Below, piece after piece: positions 1 to 12,416 of a DNA stretch of 64,000 nucleotides. Position numbers and translations under genes: made by a program. Location: NCBI GenBank assembly GCA_965220085.1, contig CBDCOZ010000002.1:32001-96000 (forward strand), read 5' to 3'. Origin of the DNA: Candidatus Oxydemutatoraceae bacterium (GTDB lineage: Bacteria > Pseudomonadota > Gammaproteobacteria > Poriferisulfidales > Oxydemutatoraceae). Every line of letters starts with the position of its first letter. Position 1 is the first letter of the stretch. The notes under the pieces were generated by a model. The model was not told the origin of the DNA. It did no database searches and saw nothing but the letters and a program-made list of their open reading frames with translations.

Positions 1-238
1 TGAATAATTTGCTGTTTTGTGCATTTTATCGTCGGCACGAAAACCAACGGCAATCAATTAAGTTAATGAATTTCTGGGGAAAATTCAAAAAGGGCAAGAA
101 ACCGATTTATAACATATATTGCGGAGTTTTGCAATAACTTTGTAATGTGGTGTATGCTTGGGGAACTGTGAAAAACCAGACCTCATTAACAGAGGTCGGT
201 TTCTCAAATTGAATCTGTTGATTAATGGAGTTAGTAAT

Positions 239-1453
239 ATGAAAAAACTAATTGTAAACGCAAGGTACTTCTTTGCGCCGATACTGATTCTGGTATCGAT
301 GTTTGGAGTCATGCTAGGAGGTCTTTACAGTTGGATTGGTGTCGCGCTGTTGTTTGCCGGTATCTTTATTGATACGGCGATGAAGTTTCAAACGCGCGGC
401 GCGGTTAGCAACGATGGTGAGACTCTGGGTATTCCGTGGTTGCAAAACTCGGTCATGTACGTCATGTTGCCGGTGTTTGCGCTTCTTCAAATCGTACTGG
501 CGTATCGCATATTCCAATATGTTCAGCCCGACGCGGTCATGGCTGCCACAGCGCCATGGTTTGAGTGGATGCCGGCACTGGCGATGTTGCCGGCCCATCA
601 AATAGGGGCGCTGAGCGGCCTGGATCTGATTGGGGCGACGCTCTCAACCGGTATCTTTGCCGGCATCGGTATCATCTACGGTCACGAGCTGAGCCATACC
701 AAAGGTTTTGCTTTCGTGATTTCCCGTCTGATGATGGGGCTGTCTGGCTCGAGCCATTTCTGCTACGCGCATGTGTATAACCATCACCTTGAGTTGGCTT
801 CGGAGGATGACCCCGCAACCGCTCCGCGTGGTCGTAATATCTACGCCCACCTTCCGATGAGTTATATCGGCCAGTCCAAATTCCTGCTTGACATGGAAAC
901 CGAGCGTCTGAAAAGACTGGATGCTCCGTTCCTGTCGTGGCAGAACCGCTGGATTCGCGGGTTCATGATGAGCCTGCCCTCAATCCTGCTGTTCTTTGTT
1001 GCCGGCGGATGGATCGGCATCGGTTGCTTGGCCATCGTCTGGGTCATTTCCAACTTTGAACTTGAGGCGCTGAACTTCCTCGAGCACTATGGTTTGATTC
1101 GCGAAACCGGTCAGCCGATTGACTATCGCCATTCGTGGGACAACGCAACCGCGTTCACCAGCTGGTTCTTCATTGAAATCGGTCGTCAGGCCGACCATCA
1201 CGACAGAGGCGAAACCCACTTCTGGGAGTTGGACCAAGTGGATGCGCCGAACACGGGTTGGGGTTACTTCACCCTGTTCGCCATGGCGTTGGTTCCGCCG
1301 GTGTGGGATATGTATATGCGCAAAAAGCTCGCTGTTTGGGATGCCGAATATGCAAGCGAAGGCGAGAAGAAACTTGCCAAGCGCATCAATGACCAAGAAA
1401 ATTATCACGGCGTTGCTATGCAGGGAGACTCTCTCTCGGTCATGGCATCGTAA
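239..1453 (+). CDS. alkB: Membrane di-iron hydrocarbon monooxygenase, hydroxylase subunit (AlkB/XylM/CymAa family)
   Basis: His boxes HELSH, HVYNHH, NFLEHYG and RQADHH, DPATA motif, several TM segments. ATG at 239 follows a GGAG RBS. The motif variants look closer to XylM/CymAa than to canonical AlkB. Confidence 0.85.
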   Translation: MKKLIVNARYFFAPILILVSMFGVMLGGLYSWIGVALLFAGIFIDTAMKFQTRGAVSNDGETLGIPWLQNSVMYVMLPVFALLQIVLAYRIFQYVQPDAVMAATAPWFEWMPALAMLPAHQIGALSGLDLIGATLSTGIFAGIGIIYGHELSHTKGFAFVISRLMMGLSGSSHFCYAHVYNHHLELASEDDPATAPRGRNIYAHLPMSYIGQSKFLLDMETERLKRLDAPFLSWQNRWIRGFMMSLPSILLFFVAGGWIGIGCLAIVWVISNFELEALNFLEHYGLIRETGQPIDYRHSWDNATAFTSWFFIEIGRQADHHDRGETHFWELDQVDAPNTGWGYFTLFAMALVPPVWDMYMRKKLAVWDAEYASEGEKKLAKRINDQENYHGVAMQGDSLSVMAS

Positions 1454-1474
1454 GCTGGTATTAACACAGTAAGA

Positions 1475-1507
1475 GCCCTGCCTGAGCTTCTCAGGCAGGG
1501 CATTTTC
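1475..1507 (+). terminator. Stem-loop / putative intrinsic terminator
   Basis: Perfect stem GCCCTGCCTGAG-CTT-CTCAGGCAGGGC followed by ATTTT. Confidence 0.6.
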
Positions 1508-1570
1508 TATAAACAACGAATTCAATAAACTAATTTATTAATCACTAAATAATCAAGAGGGGAAAAAACA

Positions 1571-2218
1571 ATGGCTATAGGTGATCGTTTAAGAAGTGCA
1601 GTAACTCTCTGGGGCGCCCCGGATTGTGTGAACACTGCAAAGTGCCTGATGACAGCGGGCGAAAAAGGCATGTCTGTTAAGACAGCGATGTTTGATCCGA
1701 GTTCATCGGAAATTCAGAGCATGTCGCCGCTGGGCGTCGGACCTGTTCTGCGCCACGTCGACTTCGTCGTGACGGGGCATACCGCAATCATGTCGTATAT
1801 GGATGACAAGGGCTTTGGTCCTTCGCTCGTCCCGAGAAACGGCGTTCTGCGCGCAACCATGTATGAATGGTGCGTCAATGCGATAATCGTCTTGCAACCG
1901 AAGATGGACGACAGCGGGACAGTTGACAAGTGCGTAGCCGCGCTTGATAAGCAACTGCAAAGCACAAACCCGTCCCATCGCGGTTCGTTTATTTGCGGCG
2001 ACTTTACTCTCGCCGACATCCACTGGGCGGCCTGTGCGAATATGTTAGACATCAAAGGCATGGGCAATGTGCTCGAAAGAAGCAGCGCCGTCGCCGAGTG
2101 GTGGAGCAAGGTAAAGACCCATCCGAGCACCAGCAAGGAGAAACTGGAACCTTATACCTGCATGCCGACCAAAGCCGATGTCGATAGCAACACGCTAAGA
2201 GATTTGGACGTTAAGTAG
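1571..2218 (+). CDS. Glutathione S-transferase family protein
   Basis: N-terminal SPLGVGPVL..AIMSYMD segment and C-terminal FICGDFTLADI GST motif; 215 aa. Confidence 0.8.
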   Translation: MAIGDRLRSAVTLWGAPDCVNTAKCLMTAGEKGMSVKTAMFDPSSSEIQSMSPLGVGPVLRHVDFVVTGHTAIMSYMDDKGFGPSLVPRNGVLRATMYEWCVNAIIVLQPKMDDSGTVDKCVAALDKQLQSTNPSHRGSFICGDFTLADIHWAACANMLDIKGMGNVLERSSAVAEWWSKVKTHPSTSKEKLEPYTCMPTKADVDSNTLRDLDVK

Positions 2219-2230
2219 AGGAGCGTAACA

Positions 2231-2473
2231 GTGGGTATTCTAAAAGCAATAATAGCGATGGTCATCTGGTCTGTCGGGGTGGGCTATGGCCTGCACGCAC
2301 TGGGCGTCCAACACTATGTTCCGGGCGGGGCAATGTGGGATCAGACCCCGTTGGGCACGGCTTTGCTGTGGTCGCTGGGAACTGCGCTCGCACTTTTAAT
2401 CGCCTTGATGGTGAACGTTGTCCTGTTTTCCAAGATTGCGGGCAACGACGCTTGGAGGTGGTTTAAAAACTGA
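2231..2473 (+). CDS. Small two-TM membrane protein
   Basis: 80-aa hydrophobic ORF, GAGGAG RBS, co-oriented within the cluster. Confidence 0.6.
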   Translation: MGILKAIIAMVIWSVGVGYGLHALGVQHYVPGGAMWDQTPLGTALLWSLGTALALLIALMVNVVLFSKIAGNDAWRWFKN

Positions 2474-2538
2474 TTTTAGACAGCGCCCGACTCCGATGAA
2501 CGGGGTCGGGTGCCGTCTGAACTACGGAGGGTTATTCT

Positions 2539-3888
2539 ATGAAAATTAAAAGGGAGATTTATTCCATGAAAACTAAAATGATATCAATGGCCGGGAAACT
2601 GGCGGGCTTACTGGCAATGTCGGTAGTCACGATGTCTGTCGCAGTCGCCGGGCCGTATGGCTACGACCTGCACAACGTGCTGTCGCCTCGGGCGGCGGGT
2701 ATGGCGGGTACCAGTATTGCCGGCGATCACAGCGGTCCGGTTGAGGCAGTGTTTGGCAATCCGGCTAACCTCGCGGACTTTCAGGGCGGCACAAACTTTA
2801 CATTTGGCGCGACACTCTACTATCCGGAAGCGATTGCAAAGCATACGCAAGGCAACAATCCGATTTTAGGCGGCGCCGTGCCCAACTACAGAACGCGCTC
2901 ACAAGCCGAAGCCTATGCGGTGCCGCAGATTGCGGTCACTCAGGACTTGACCGGAATCGGTATTCCGGTCGTCTTAGGCATGGGCTTGAGCGCGGTCTCG
3001 GGTATCGGCGTGGACTATCGCCAAAATGACCAGACGCTCGGTGCAGGCGCGGAGTTTATTTCGCTCGGCATTAACACCGGCGTCGGTTACGAGGTCAATC
3101 CGCAACTGGATATCGGCGCGGCTATCACCGTCACTTATGCGATGATCGAAGCCGGTCTTGCCGGCACCAGTGCGCAGAGCCACGACTACGGCATTCGCGC
3201 GACCGGCGGCGTTGACTATGCGATAACACCGCAGACCAGTGTCGGCCTTTATGCGCAGACCGAACAACGTCACAGCTGGAGCGACGCCATTTTGCTGTCG
3301 CCTGATGCGACTATCGCGAATGCAAGCTACTCCAAACTTGAGATCGAACAGCCGAGAAATGTCGCGGTGGGTATTGCACACGAGTTCAACTCCGATATGC
3401 GCGTGATGGCCGATGTAATCTACAAAGACTGGAGCGAAGCCGAGTTCTGGGGCCGTCTCTATCACGACCAGACTGCGGTCTCGCTCGGCGCGGAGATGGA
3501 CAGAGGCCCGCTGACCTTCCGTGTCGGTTACGGTTATGCCAATGACCCGACCAGAGGTCGCGTTGACGGCGACCCGCTTGAGGGCAATACGGGCGTGTGT
3601 ACGGGCGCTCCCGGCATCGGGACGTGCCTGCCTTTGACAGGCGCGGGCGGTCAGCAAACATGGCGCTACATTCAGGCGCTGGAAGCGCCGGTGATTTATC
3701 GTCATCGTGTGACCGCCGGCATGACCTGGGATGGCTTCTTGGCTCCGTTCCTGACATTGGACGCGCACATCGCGCACCAAATCAAAGAAACCAGAGACTA
3801 TGACTATGCGCATGCGGGTTCGGATGATATCACCCGTCTTGATGTGCGTTCATACCACGCCGGTTTCGCATTGACTTGGGGCTTCTAA
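2539..3888 (+). CDS. FadL/TodX/XylN-family outer-membrane hydrocarbon transporter
   Basis: Signal peptide, GMAG..NPA motif, amphipathic beta strands, terminal Phe (TWGF). Alternative start at 2566. Confidence 0.85.
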   Translation: MKIKREIYSMKTKMISMAGKLAGLLAMSVVTMSVAVAGPYGYDLHNVLSPRAAGMAGTSIAGDHSGPVEAVFGNPANLADFQGGTNFTFGATLYYPEAIAKHTQGNNPILGGAVPNYRTRSQAEAYAVPQIAVTQDLTGIGIPVVLGMGLSAVSGIGVDYRQNDQTLGAGAEFISLGINTGVGYEVNPQLDIGAAITVTYAMIEAGLAGTSAQSHDYGIRATGGVDYAITPQTSVGLYAQTEQRHSWSDAILLSPDATIANASYSKLEIEQPRNVAVGIAHEFNSDMRVMADVIYKDWSEAEFWGRLYHDQTAVSLGAEMDRGPLTFRVGYGYANDPTRGRVDGDPLEGNTGVCTGAPGIGTCLPLTGAGGQQTWRYIQALEAPVIYRHRVTAGMTWDGFLAPFLTLDAHIAHQIKETRDYDYAHAGSDDITRLDVRSYHAGFALTWGF

Positions 3889-3916
3889 GAATCCGAAACA
3901 CTAAGGAGGGAAGAAA

Positions 3917-4189
3917 ATGCCTAAATATGTAATTGAAAGAGAAATACCGGGAGCGGGCAACCTGTCGTCCGATGAGTTTCAGGGCATCGCACAAAAATCG
4001 TGCGGTATCTTGAAAGACATGGGGCCGAGCATCCAGTGGGTTGAAAGCCAAGTCACTGATGACAAGGTCTACTGCACCTACATCGCGCCGAATGCGGCGG
4101 CGATCAAGGAACACGCCGAGAAAGGCGGTTTCCCGGCAAACAAAATCTCGGAAATAAGACGGACAATTGATCCGACAACTTCTGAGTAA
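3917..4189 (+). CDS. DUF4242 (SCO4226-like) small protein
   Basis: MPKYVIEREIPGAG..W..S.V..K.YC.Y.AP..H..GFPAN pattern; strong RBS. Confidence 0.85.
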   Translation: MPKYVIEREIPGAGNLSSDEFQGIAQKSCGILKDMGPSIQWVESQVTDDKVYCTYIAPNAAAIKEHAEKGGFPANKISEIRRTIDPTTSE

Positions 4190-4242
4190 ATAGACATCTT
4201 CAATCGGGATACGAAAGTGTCCCGAGAGATGATTGAATATAG

Positions 4243-4280
4243 ACACCGCTGCGGGAGCAATCCCCGGCGGTGTTTTTTTA
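4243..4280 (+). terminator. Rho-independent terminator
   Basis: ACACCGCTG...CGGCGGTGT stem followed by a T run. Confidence 0.65.
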
Positions 4281-4350
4281 TCCGCCTCATACAAGCCGGA
4301 ACCTTTCCCCCCTCTCCGGCAACCTGCGGGCTTCGCCCTTGGTTTGCCGA

Positions 4351-4580
4351 CTCCCCCGCAAGGGGGGAGTGTGAGTTGGCATCGTGCAGCACTTTCCCCT
4401 TGTGGGAGAGTCAGCGAGCAGAATCACAACTCGCATTGAGCCCGGCGACATACGTCAAAACACTTTCCCCTTGTGGGCGGAGTGTGAGTTGGCATCGTGC
4501 AGCACTTTCCCCTTGTGGGAGAGTCAGCGAGCTTCGCTCGCTGGTGAGGGGGATAAACGACACGCCCCTCTTATGGGAGA
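4351..4580. repeat. REP-like extragenic palindromic cluster with an internal ~50-bp duplication
   Basis: CTCCCCCGCAAGGGGGGAG palindrome; TTCCCCTTGTGGG occurs 3 times; GAGTGTGAGTTGGCATCGTGCAGCACTTTCCCCTTGTGGGAGAGTCAGCGAGC is duplicated at ~4367 and ~4480. Confidence 0.6.
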
Positions 4581-4659
4581 GCATTGCTTGCACAGCTATC
4601 GCATTACTGCCCGCAAGGCTGGCACGAGTACCGGAAACCTTTGTCTTAACACAAAATAA

Positions 4660-6963
<2,304 letters not shown>

Positions 6964-6990
6964 GCCGACAACGAGAAAACACCCCTCGTG

Positions 6991-7022
6991 AAAAAGCCCC
7001 TCCCCGTGAGGGGCTTTTTTTG
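6991..7022 (+). terminator. Rho-independent terminator (bidirectional-type)
   Basis: AAAAAGCCCCTC...GAGGGGCTTTTTT. Confidence 0.8.
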
Positions 7023-7256
7023 TGCCTTGTTTCGCCCCGCCATGCTTGCAAAAGTTGGGTTGCGATACCGCTCGTCGTATCGGATGCGGCCGTTTGTCTG
7101 ATAGATCAAGATCAGCTTCCACTTATGTGCTAGAGTGCTCCCGCTCTAGCAAATGGAAGCAATGACATGAAATTACCACATGGAATAACATATAAGATAG
7201 AGGAGAGTCTCAGGCTCCCCTGGGGTCTGTTATACTTTAACAAACCACTCTGGCGG

Positions 7257-8183
7257 ATGAAGTTTGATTCTAAAAATGTAGCGTTTGCTCGTCATGAGAC
7301 TTTCGCCTTGCGCTACGGTTGGATTCCAAAAGGTTTCGCAGCCGCGGCACAGTACCCGCAAAAAAAAGTGTTTGAGTCCGAAGATGCGACAGCTCACCTT
7401 GGCGTCGGCAAGAACATGGTCCTCGCTATTCGCTACTGGCTTAGGGCTTGTCAGATAATAGAGGAAGATAGTTATCAGCCGACACAAATAGGCAAGCTGG
7501 TCTTCTCTGAAAAAGGGTACGACCCTTACCTTGAGGACGATGCGACCATTTGGCTGATTCACTGGCTGTTGGCAACCTCTCCCCGCATAGCAACGACATG
7601 GTACTGGTTCTTTAACTGCTTCCACCGTCCTCATTTCACTGCCGAAGAGTTACAGCAGGCTCTGGAAAGCTTTATCAACGAAAAAGTCAAAGCCGGAAAA
7701 AGACCCGCGAAGAGCTCAATCAAAAGCGATGTGATGTTGCTTGTTCGGATGTACTCGCAACCCAAACAGCGGAAAGGCGTTATCGCCGAGGAATCTTTGG
7801 ACTCACCGCTAAGTATCTTGAAACTTATGACCCAATCATCCGTATCAAAGACCTATCAGTCCGGCCCGGAACTGCGCGCTGATTTGCCCCTTGCAATCTT
7901 TGGCTTCGCAGTAGCATCTGTTTTGCGGGATCGCGGCGTGCAGTCCTTGCCGGTCAAAGATTTGATGTACAGCCAAGATGACTATCCGGCGGCCGGTTCT
8001 GTTTTCCGCCTTACAGAAGACGGCTTCATTACAAAATTGGAGAAACTTGCAGATGCAACATCTTTCTTTGATGTGCGGGAAACCGCGGGAATTCATCAAG
8101 TGTATATGAAAGAAGCGCTTGACAGCCCTTATGACTTACTCAAACAACACTACCGTCCGCCGCGGCGTAAGAAAGCAGCATGA
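7257..8183 (+). CDS. sspB: DUF4007 protein, SspB-like
   Basis: FARHETFALRYGW.PKG, LGVGKNMV.AIRYWL, DPYLE..T.WL.HW.L motifs; ATGA overlap with the next gene. Confidence 0.85.
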   Translation: MKFDSKNVAFARHETFALRYGWIPKGFAAAAQYPQKKVFESEDATAHLGVGKNMVLAIRYWLRACQIIEEDSYQPTQIGKLVFSEKGYDPYLEDDATIWLIHWLLATSPRIATTWYWFFNCFHRPHFTAEELQQALESFINEKVKAGKRPAKSSIKSDVMLLVRMYSQPKQRKGVIAEESLDSPLSILKLMTQSSVSKTYQSGPELRADLPLAIFGFAVASVLRDRGVQSLPVKDLMYSQDDYPAAGSVFRLTEDGFITKLEKLADATSFFDVRETAGIHQVYMKEALDSPYDLLKQHYRPPRRKKAA

Positions 8184-11100
8184 GTATCGCAGATAAAATC
8201 GCGATTAATACCCGCTACACACGCTCTATCAACCTTGAGCGTGATGCCGGCTCGTCTGAGTTAACGGAATCTTATGTCATCACTTCAAGCCCCTTGCGGG
8301 CGCTGGAGCAGATGGCAACAACCTTCCACGAAGAACAGGCGCCGCGCGCTTGGTCGCTAGTCGGGCCCTACGGCGCCGGCAAATCCGCCTTCTCAGTATT
8401 CCTAACGCAGTTGCTCTCGCCTCAGTTAAATCCGGCGAGCGGTGTTGCTGAGAAGATGCTCAGAGCAGAGCAGTCCGCCTTGGCCGCAAAGTACAAAAAA
8501 CAAAAGCAAGACGGATATTTTGAAATCTTGCTGACAGGCTCTCCGGAGCCACTGAGCAAAAGTTTATTGCAGGCAGTCCTAACTTCTGCGCAGGCATACT
8601 GGCCTAAGAAAAAACCCGAAGCTTGGCTCAAGCAACTCCGCTCTGACCTCGATAAAAAGAGAGTGTCGGTGTCAAAAGTCATGGATCACATAAAGACCCT
8701 GCAAAACAAACTGGCACGCAAACATTGCGGCGGCGTCCTGATTGTTATTGATGAACTCGGTAAATTTCTTGAGTATGAGGCAAGACACGAAGGAAACGAT
8801 ATTTACCTGTTGCAAGCCTTAGCTGAGCATGCGTGTCGCGGAGGCAAGCCAAACCTAGCCCTTGTGGTTTTGCTTCATCAATCGCTTGATCGTTACGCCG
8901 CCCACCTTAAAGAGAGTGACCGCAATGAGTGGATTAAAGTCCAAGGCCGCTTTGAAGAAATTCCTTTTATTGATTCGGCAGAGCAGAGTGTCAAAGTGAT
9001 AGGCAGGGCACTACAACAGAAACTTAGTCCGGCTGAGAGAAAGAAATTAAAGACAGAAAAAATCGTTGATGCTCTGCTAAAAGAAGAAGCGTTACCACGA
9101 TCCCTAGGCCGGCAAAATGCGGTAGAGCTATTTGGAAGTTGCTACCCGTTGCACCCGGTCAGCGCAATTTTACTTCCCCTGCTTTGCCAAAAGATTGCGC
9201 AGAACGAGCGCAGCCTTTTTAGCTACCTTGGGAGTTCTGAGGAAAACGGCTTTCTAAAAGTGCTGGAACATCTTGAGAAGGTTGGTGACTATGTCTTGCC
9301 CGACCATATCTATGACTACTTCATCGCAAATCAGTCGATAGCTTCCGGCGACCATATCACGCGCAGGCGTTGGGCAGAAGTAGCAAGCGCAATTGATCGG
9401 CTAGGGGATGCCCCACCTGAAGAAGTCACTCTCACGAAAGTCATCGGCATACTCAACATCATCGGGGCTAAAGGTAATCTTAAGCCATCTAAAAAGGTAT
9501 TGCAGTCTTGTGGTTTGCCTAATCTCAATAAGTCGATTAATGCCCTGACGGAGAAATCAATTATCAGCTATCGCCGCTTCGGTAAAGAGTATCGTGTCTG
9601 GCAAGGCAGCGATTTCGACATTGATGATGCATTGCAAGAAGCAGAAGGGCAATTGATGCACCTGTCAGTAGCGGAGGAATTAAACAACCGGGGTTATCAA
9701 CCTATCATCGCAAGGCAATACTCCATCCAGAAAGGAACACTGCGCTATTTTGTGCCGGCATTTATTGACGCAGAATCTTACCTGTCAACAGAGACCGAAG
9801 CCTCACAGGAACGAATATTGTTCTATCTGGCTCGCAATGAAGACGACAAAGTTACCTTTAAGAAAACGGTGAAGAAACATTTCGGTGATCGCGACATCGT
9901 TGTTTTGTGTCCGCGCGGGGAACACATTACCACTACGGTCGTACACACGGCAGCCTTGAAAAAGATTATCAGCTCAAACCAAGAACTTCACAACGACCCT
10001 GTCGCAAAAAAAGAGATTGAGGATAGGTTAATCATTGCAGAGAATGCCGAGACCGAAGCTTTGGACAAAGTGCTGGCCGACTTTGAACTGAATGAATGGT
10101 ATAACGCAGGTAAAAAGATTAGCATTGAAAGCAGGCGACATTTGCAGAAGGCTCTCTCTTCTTTGTTAGGCCGCATATATACCTCCGCACCAGTCATACA
10201 TAATGAGCTGATCAATACCAATTACCCTTCCTCGCAAGCGACCGCCGCGCGGACTAAACTTCTTTTAGCAATGCTTGAGTCACCAGAGAAACAAAACCTT
10301 GGAATTGATAAGTACCCTCCGGAAAAAGCAATTTACCAAGCGGTGTTTCAAAAGAGCAAGCTACACAAGAAAGACACGAAGGGGAATTATGGTTTTGTTG
10401 AACCTCCGAAAGGGAAGCAAGACACAGCAAACATTCAGCCGGTCTGGCAACGCATAAACCAATTTCTGGATAGCACGGAAGAGCAAGCAAAATCATTCGC
10501 TAATCTCAACCAAGAGTTGAGGTCTCCTCCTTATGGAGTGAAAGCGGGTCTGCTCCCTCTGCTCTATATAGCCGCCTACATCATCTATCAAAGAGAGTTA
10601 GCCTTCTATTGTGAGGGGCGTTATGTGCCGATTCTTACAGAGAAAGATATTACCCACTTCTTGAAGCGCCCCGATGAGTACACTGTCCAGAGGTTCAGGA
10701 TAGAAGGGATTAATGCTTCAATATTGGAGCAGTATCAAAAGGCTCTCTTTAAGAAACCGAGCAAACGAACAGTCATTGAGCTAATTCAACCCCTTGCTAC
10801 TTTTATTCAAGGCCTGCCGCAATTCGTACAAAAGACCAAGATGACGAGCTTGCTAACAAAGGATGCAATGAAAGTGCGCGATGCTCTAAACTCAGCAGCC
10901 TCTCCCGAAGAGCTTTTGTTCAAACAGTTACCTAAGGCATTAGGAATAAGTTCCCAAGGCAAGGCGGAGGGGCTTGCCGACAAGCTTACGGAGGCCTTGC
11001 GCAGTCTCAAATACGCCTACCCCACCCTGTTAAAGAATCAGAGAGAATTACTTTGTAATGCGTTTGGTCTTACTCCTGAGAAAAGTCTTCCTGATATACG

Positions 11101-11530
11101 AAGCCACTTCGCTTGGTTTAATGAATTAACAAAGTACACGATTGAAAAGGACGGGCTCAAAGCTTTTATCAACCGTCTATCGGAAAAAGAGGTTGACGAT
11201 GACCAGTGGTTGGAAAATGTTTTGAGCTTCCTCGGCCAACTGCCAACGAAGCAATGGACAGATGAAACTATTTCTGTTGCAGAATTTAAGTTAGCCGATT
11301 ATGCGAAGCGGTCACTTGAGTTGCAACGCTTATATATTTCTTATGTTGAACAAGGAAACAAAAATCCCGCATCTATAGAAGCCGCAAAACAAGAGTTGCA
11401 ACGAATGCTACGGAAACACACTTTGTCCGAAGTGCTTATGGCTATTGCCCAAATCCTTGATGAAAGACAAGAACCTACAAACCCTTTACAATTAGCTGTG
11501 AACAAAGAAACAGGAACGACTAATGAGTGA
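8180..11530 (+). CDS. sspC: Large P-loop ATPase, SspC-like
   Basis: RSINLERD, Walker A GPYGAGKS, Walker B LIVIDELGK, YPLHP, QNERSLFSYL, PPYGVK. Confidence 0.85.
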   Translation: MSIADKIAINTRYTRSINLERDAGSSELTESYVITSSPLRALEQMATTFHEEQAPRAWSLVGPYGAGKSAFSVFLTQLLSPQLNPASGVAEKMLRAEQSALAAKYKKQKQDGYFEILLTGSPEPLSKSLLQAVLTSAQAYWPKKKPEAWLKQLRSDLDKKRVSVSKVMDHIKTLQNKLARKHCGGVLIVIDELGKFLEYEARHEGNDIYLLQALAEHACRGGKPNLALVVLLHQSLDRYAAHLKESDRNEWIKVQGRFEEIPFIDSAEQSVKVIGRALQQKLSPAERKKLKTEKIVDALLKEEALPRSLGRQNAVELFGSCYPLHPVSAILLPLLCQKIAQNERSLFSYLGSSEENGFLKVLEHLEKVGDYVLPDHIYDYFIANQSIASGDHITRRRWAEVASAIDRLGDAPPEEVTLTKVIGILNIIGAKGNLKPSKKVLQSCGLPNLNKSINALTEKSIISYRRFGKEYRVWQGSDFDIDDALQEAEGQLMHLSVAEELNNRGYQPIIARQYSIQKGTLRYFVPAFIDAESYLSTETEASQERILFYLARNEDDKVTFKKTVKKHFGDRDIVVLCPRGEHITTTVVHTAALKKIISSNQELHNDPVAKKEIEDRLIIAENAETEALDKVLADFELNEWYNAGKKISIESRRHLQKALSSLLGRIYTSAPVIHNELINTNYPSSQATAARTKLLLAMLESPEKQNLGIDKYPPEKAIYQAVFQKSKLHKKDTKGNYGFVEPPKGKQDTANIQPVWQRINQFLDSTEEQAKSFANLNQELRSPPYGVKAGLLPLLYIAAYIIYQRELAFYCEGRYVPILTEKDITHFLKRPDEYTVQRFRIEGINASILEQYQKALFKKPSKRTVIELIQPLATFIQGLPQFVQKTKMTSLLTKDAMKVRDALNSAASPEELLFKQLPKALGISSQGKAEGLADKLTEALRSLKYAYPTLLKNQRELLCNAFGLTPEKSLPDIRSHFAWFNELTKYTIEKDGLKAFINRLSEKEVDDDQWLENVLSFLGQLPTKQWTDETISVAEFKLADYAKRSLELQRLYISYVEQGNKNPASIEAAKQELQRMLRKHTLSEVLMAIAQILDERQEPTNPLQLAVNKETGTTNE

Positions 11531-12389
11531 GTCCAAAAACTTTTATTCAGATTTGCCGCAAGACCAAGTCCGCCATGTCCTAGGCTTGTCCGGGGGGAAA
11601 GACAGCGCTGCGCTCGCTGTTTACATTCGCGACAAGTATCCCGAAACACACGCGCGCATCGAGTACTTCTTCTCAGACACCGGCGCGGAACTTCAAGAGG
11701 TCTACGATTTCTTGGATAAGCTTGAGTCTTATCTGGGCAAGCCGATCGTGCGCCTTGGGAGCGGTCAAGACTTTGAGCATTGGCTGAAGCACCACGATGA
11801 ATACCTGCCGTCACCACAACAACGGTGGTGCACACAGGCAATGAAAATCAAACCATTTGAGAAGTTTGTCGGCGATGACCCGGTGATTAGTTATGTCGGG
11901 ATTAGGGCCGACGAGAACCGCGAGGGATATATAAGTCGCAAGGACAACATCAGGGCGGTTTTCCCATTTGTTGAGGATGGTATCGTCCGGGATGATGTAT
12001 TCCAAATGCTGGAAGACTCCGTCGGCATTCCTGAGTACTACAAGTGGCGTTCACGCTCCGGCTGCTATTTCTGTTTTTTCCAACGGCAAGACGAATGGCT
12101 CGGGCTTAAGCGCAACCACCCGGAGCTTTTTGAGAAAGCCAAAGCCTTTGAACAACGCCAGCGGAAAAAATATTCATGGAAGGATGGCGAGACCGACATT
12201 CAAGGGCATGGCTATACATGGAGCTCACAAGGAACGCTTGACGAGATCATCGCAAAGGCTGAAGAAAGAGAAAAGAAGCGACTGACCGCTGGCCAACCAG
12301 TCACTGTCCACAAACGCTGGCAAGATGCTTTGCGTGAAGAGGACGATGATGACCCCGAAGACCAAGCCTGCCTAATCTGCAGTTTATAA
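11523..12389 (+). CDS. sspD: PAPS-reductase-family protein, SspD/DndC-like
   Basis: SGGKDS, RWCT, GIRADE, SRSGCYFCF and a C-terminal CxxC. Confidence 0.88.
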   Translation: MSESKNFYSDLPQDQVRHVLGLSGGKDSAALAVYIRDKYPETHARIEYFFSDTGAELQEVYDFLDKLESYLGKPIVRLGSGQDFEHWLKHHDEYLPSPQQRWCTQAMKIKPFEKFVGDDPVISYVGIRADENREGYISRKDNIRAVFPFVEDGIVRDDVFQMLEDSVGIPEYYKWRSRSGCYFCFFQRQDEWLGLKRNHPELFEKAKAFEQRQRKKYSWKDGETDIQGHGYTWSSQGTLDEIIAKAEEREKKRLTAGQPVTVHKRWQDALREEDDDDPEDQACLICSL

Positions 12390-12416
12390 AAAGATCAAAG
12401 TGTATTGAGACAAGAA

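Noticed and set aside
7257-12389. BREX type 4
   Set aside because: No PglZ or BrxL; gene order fits SspBCD.
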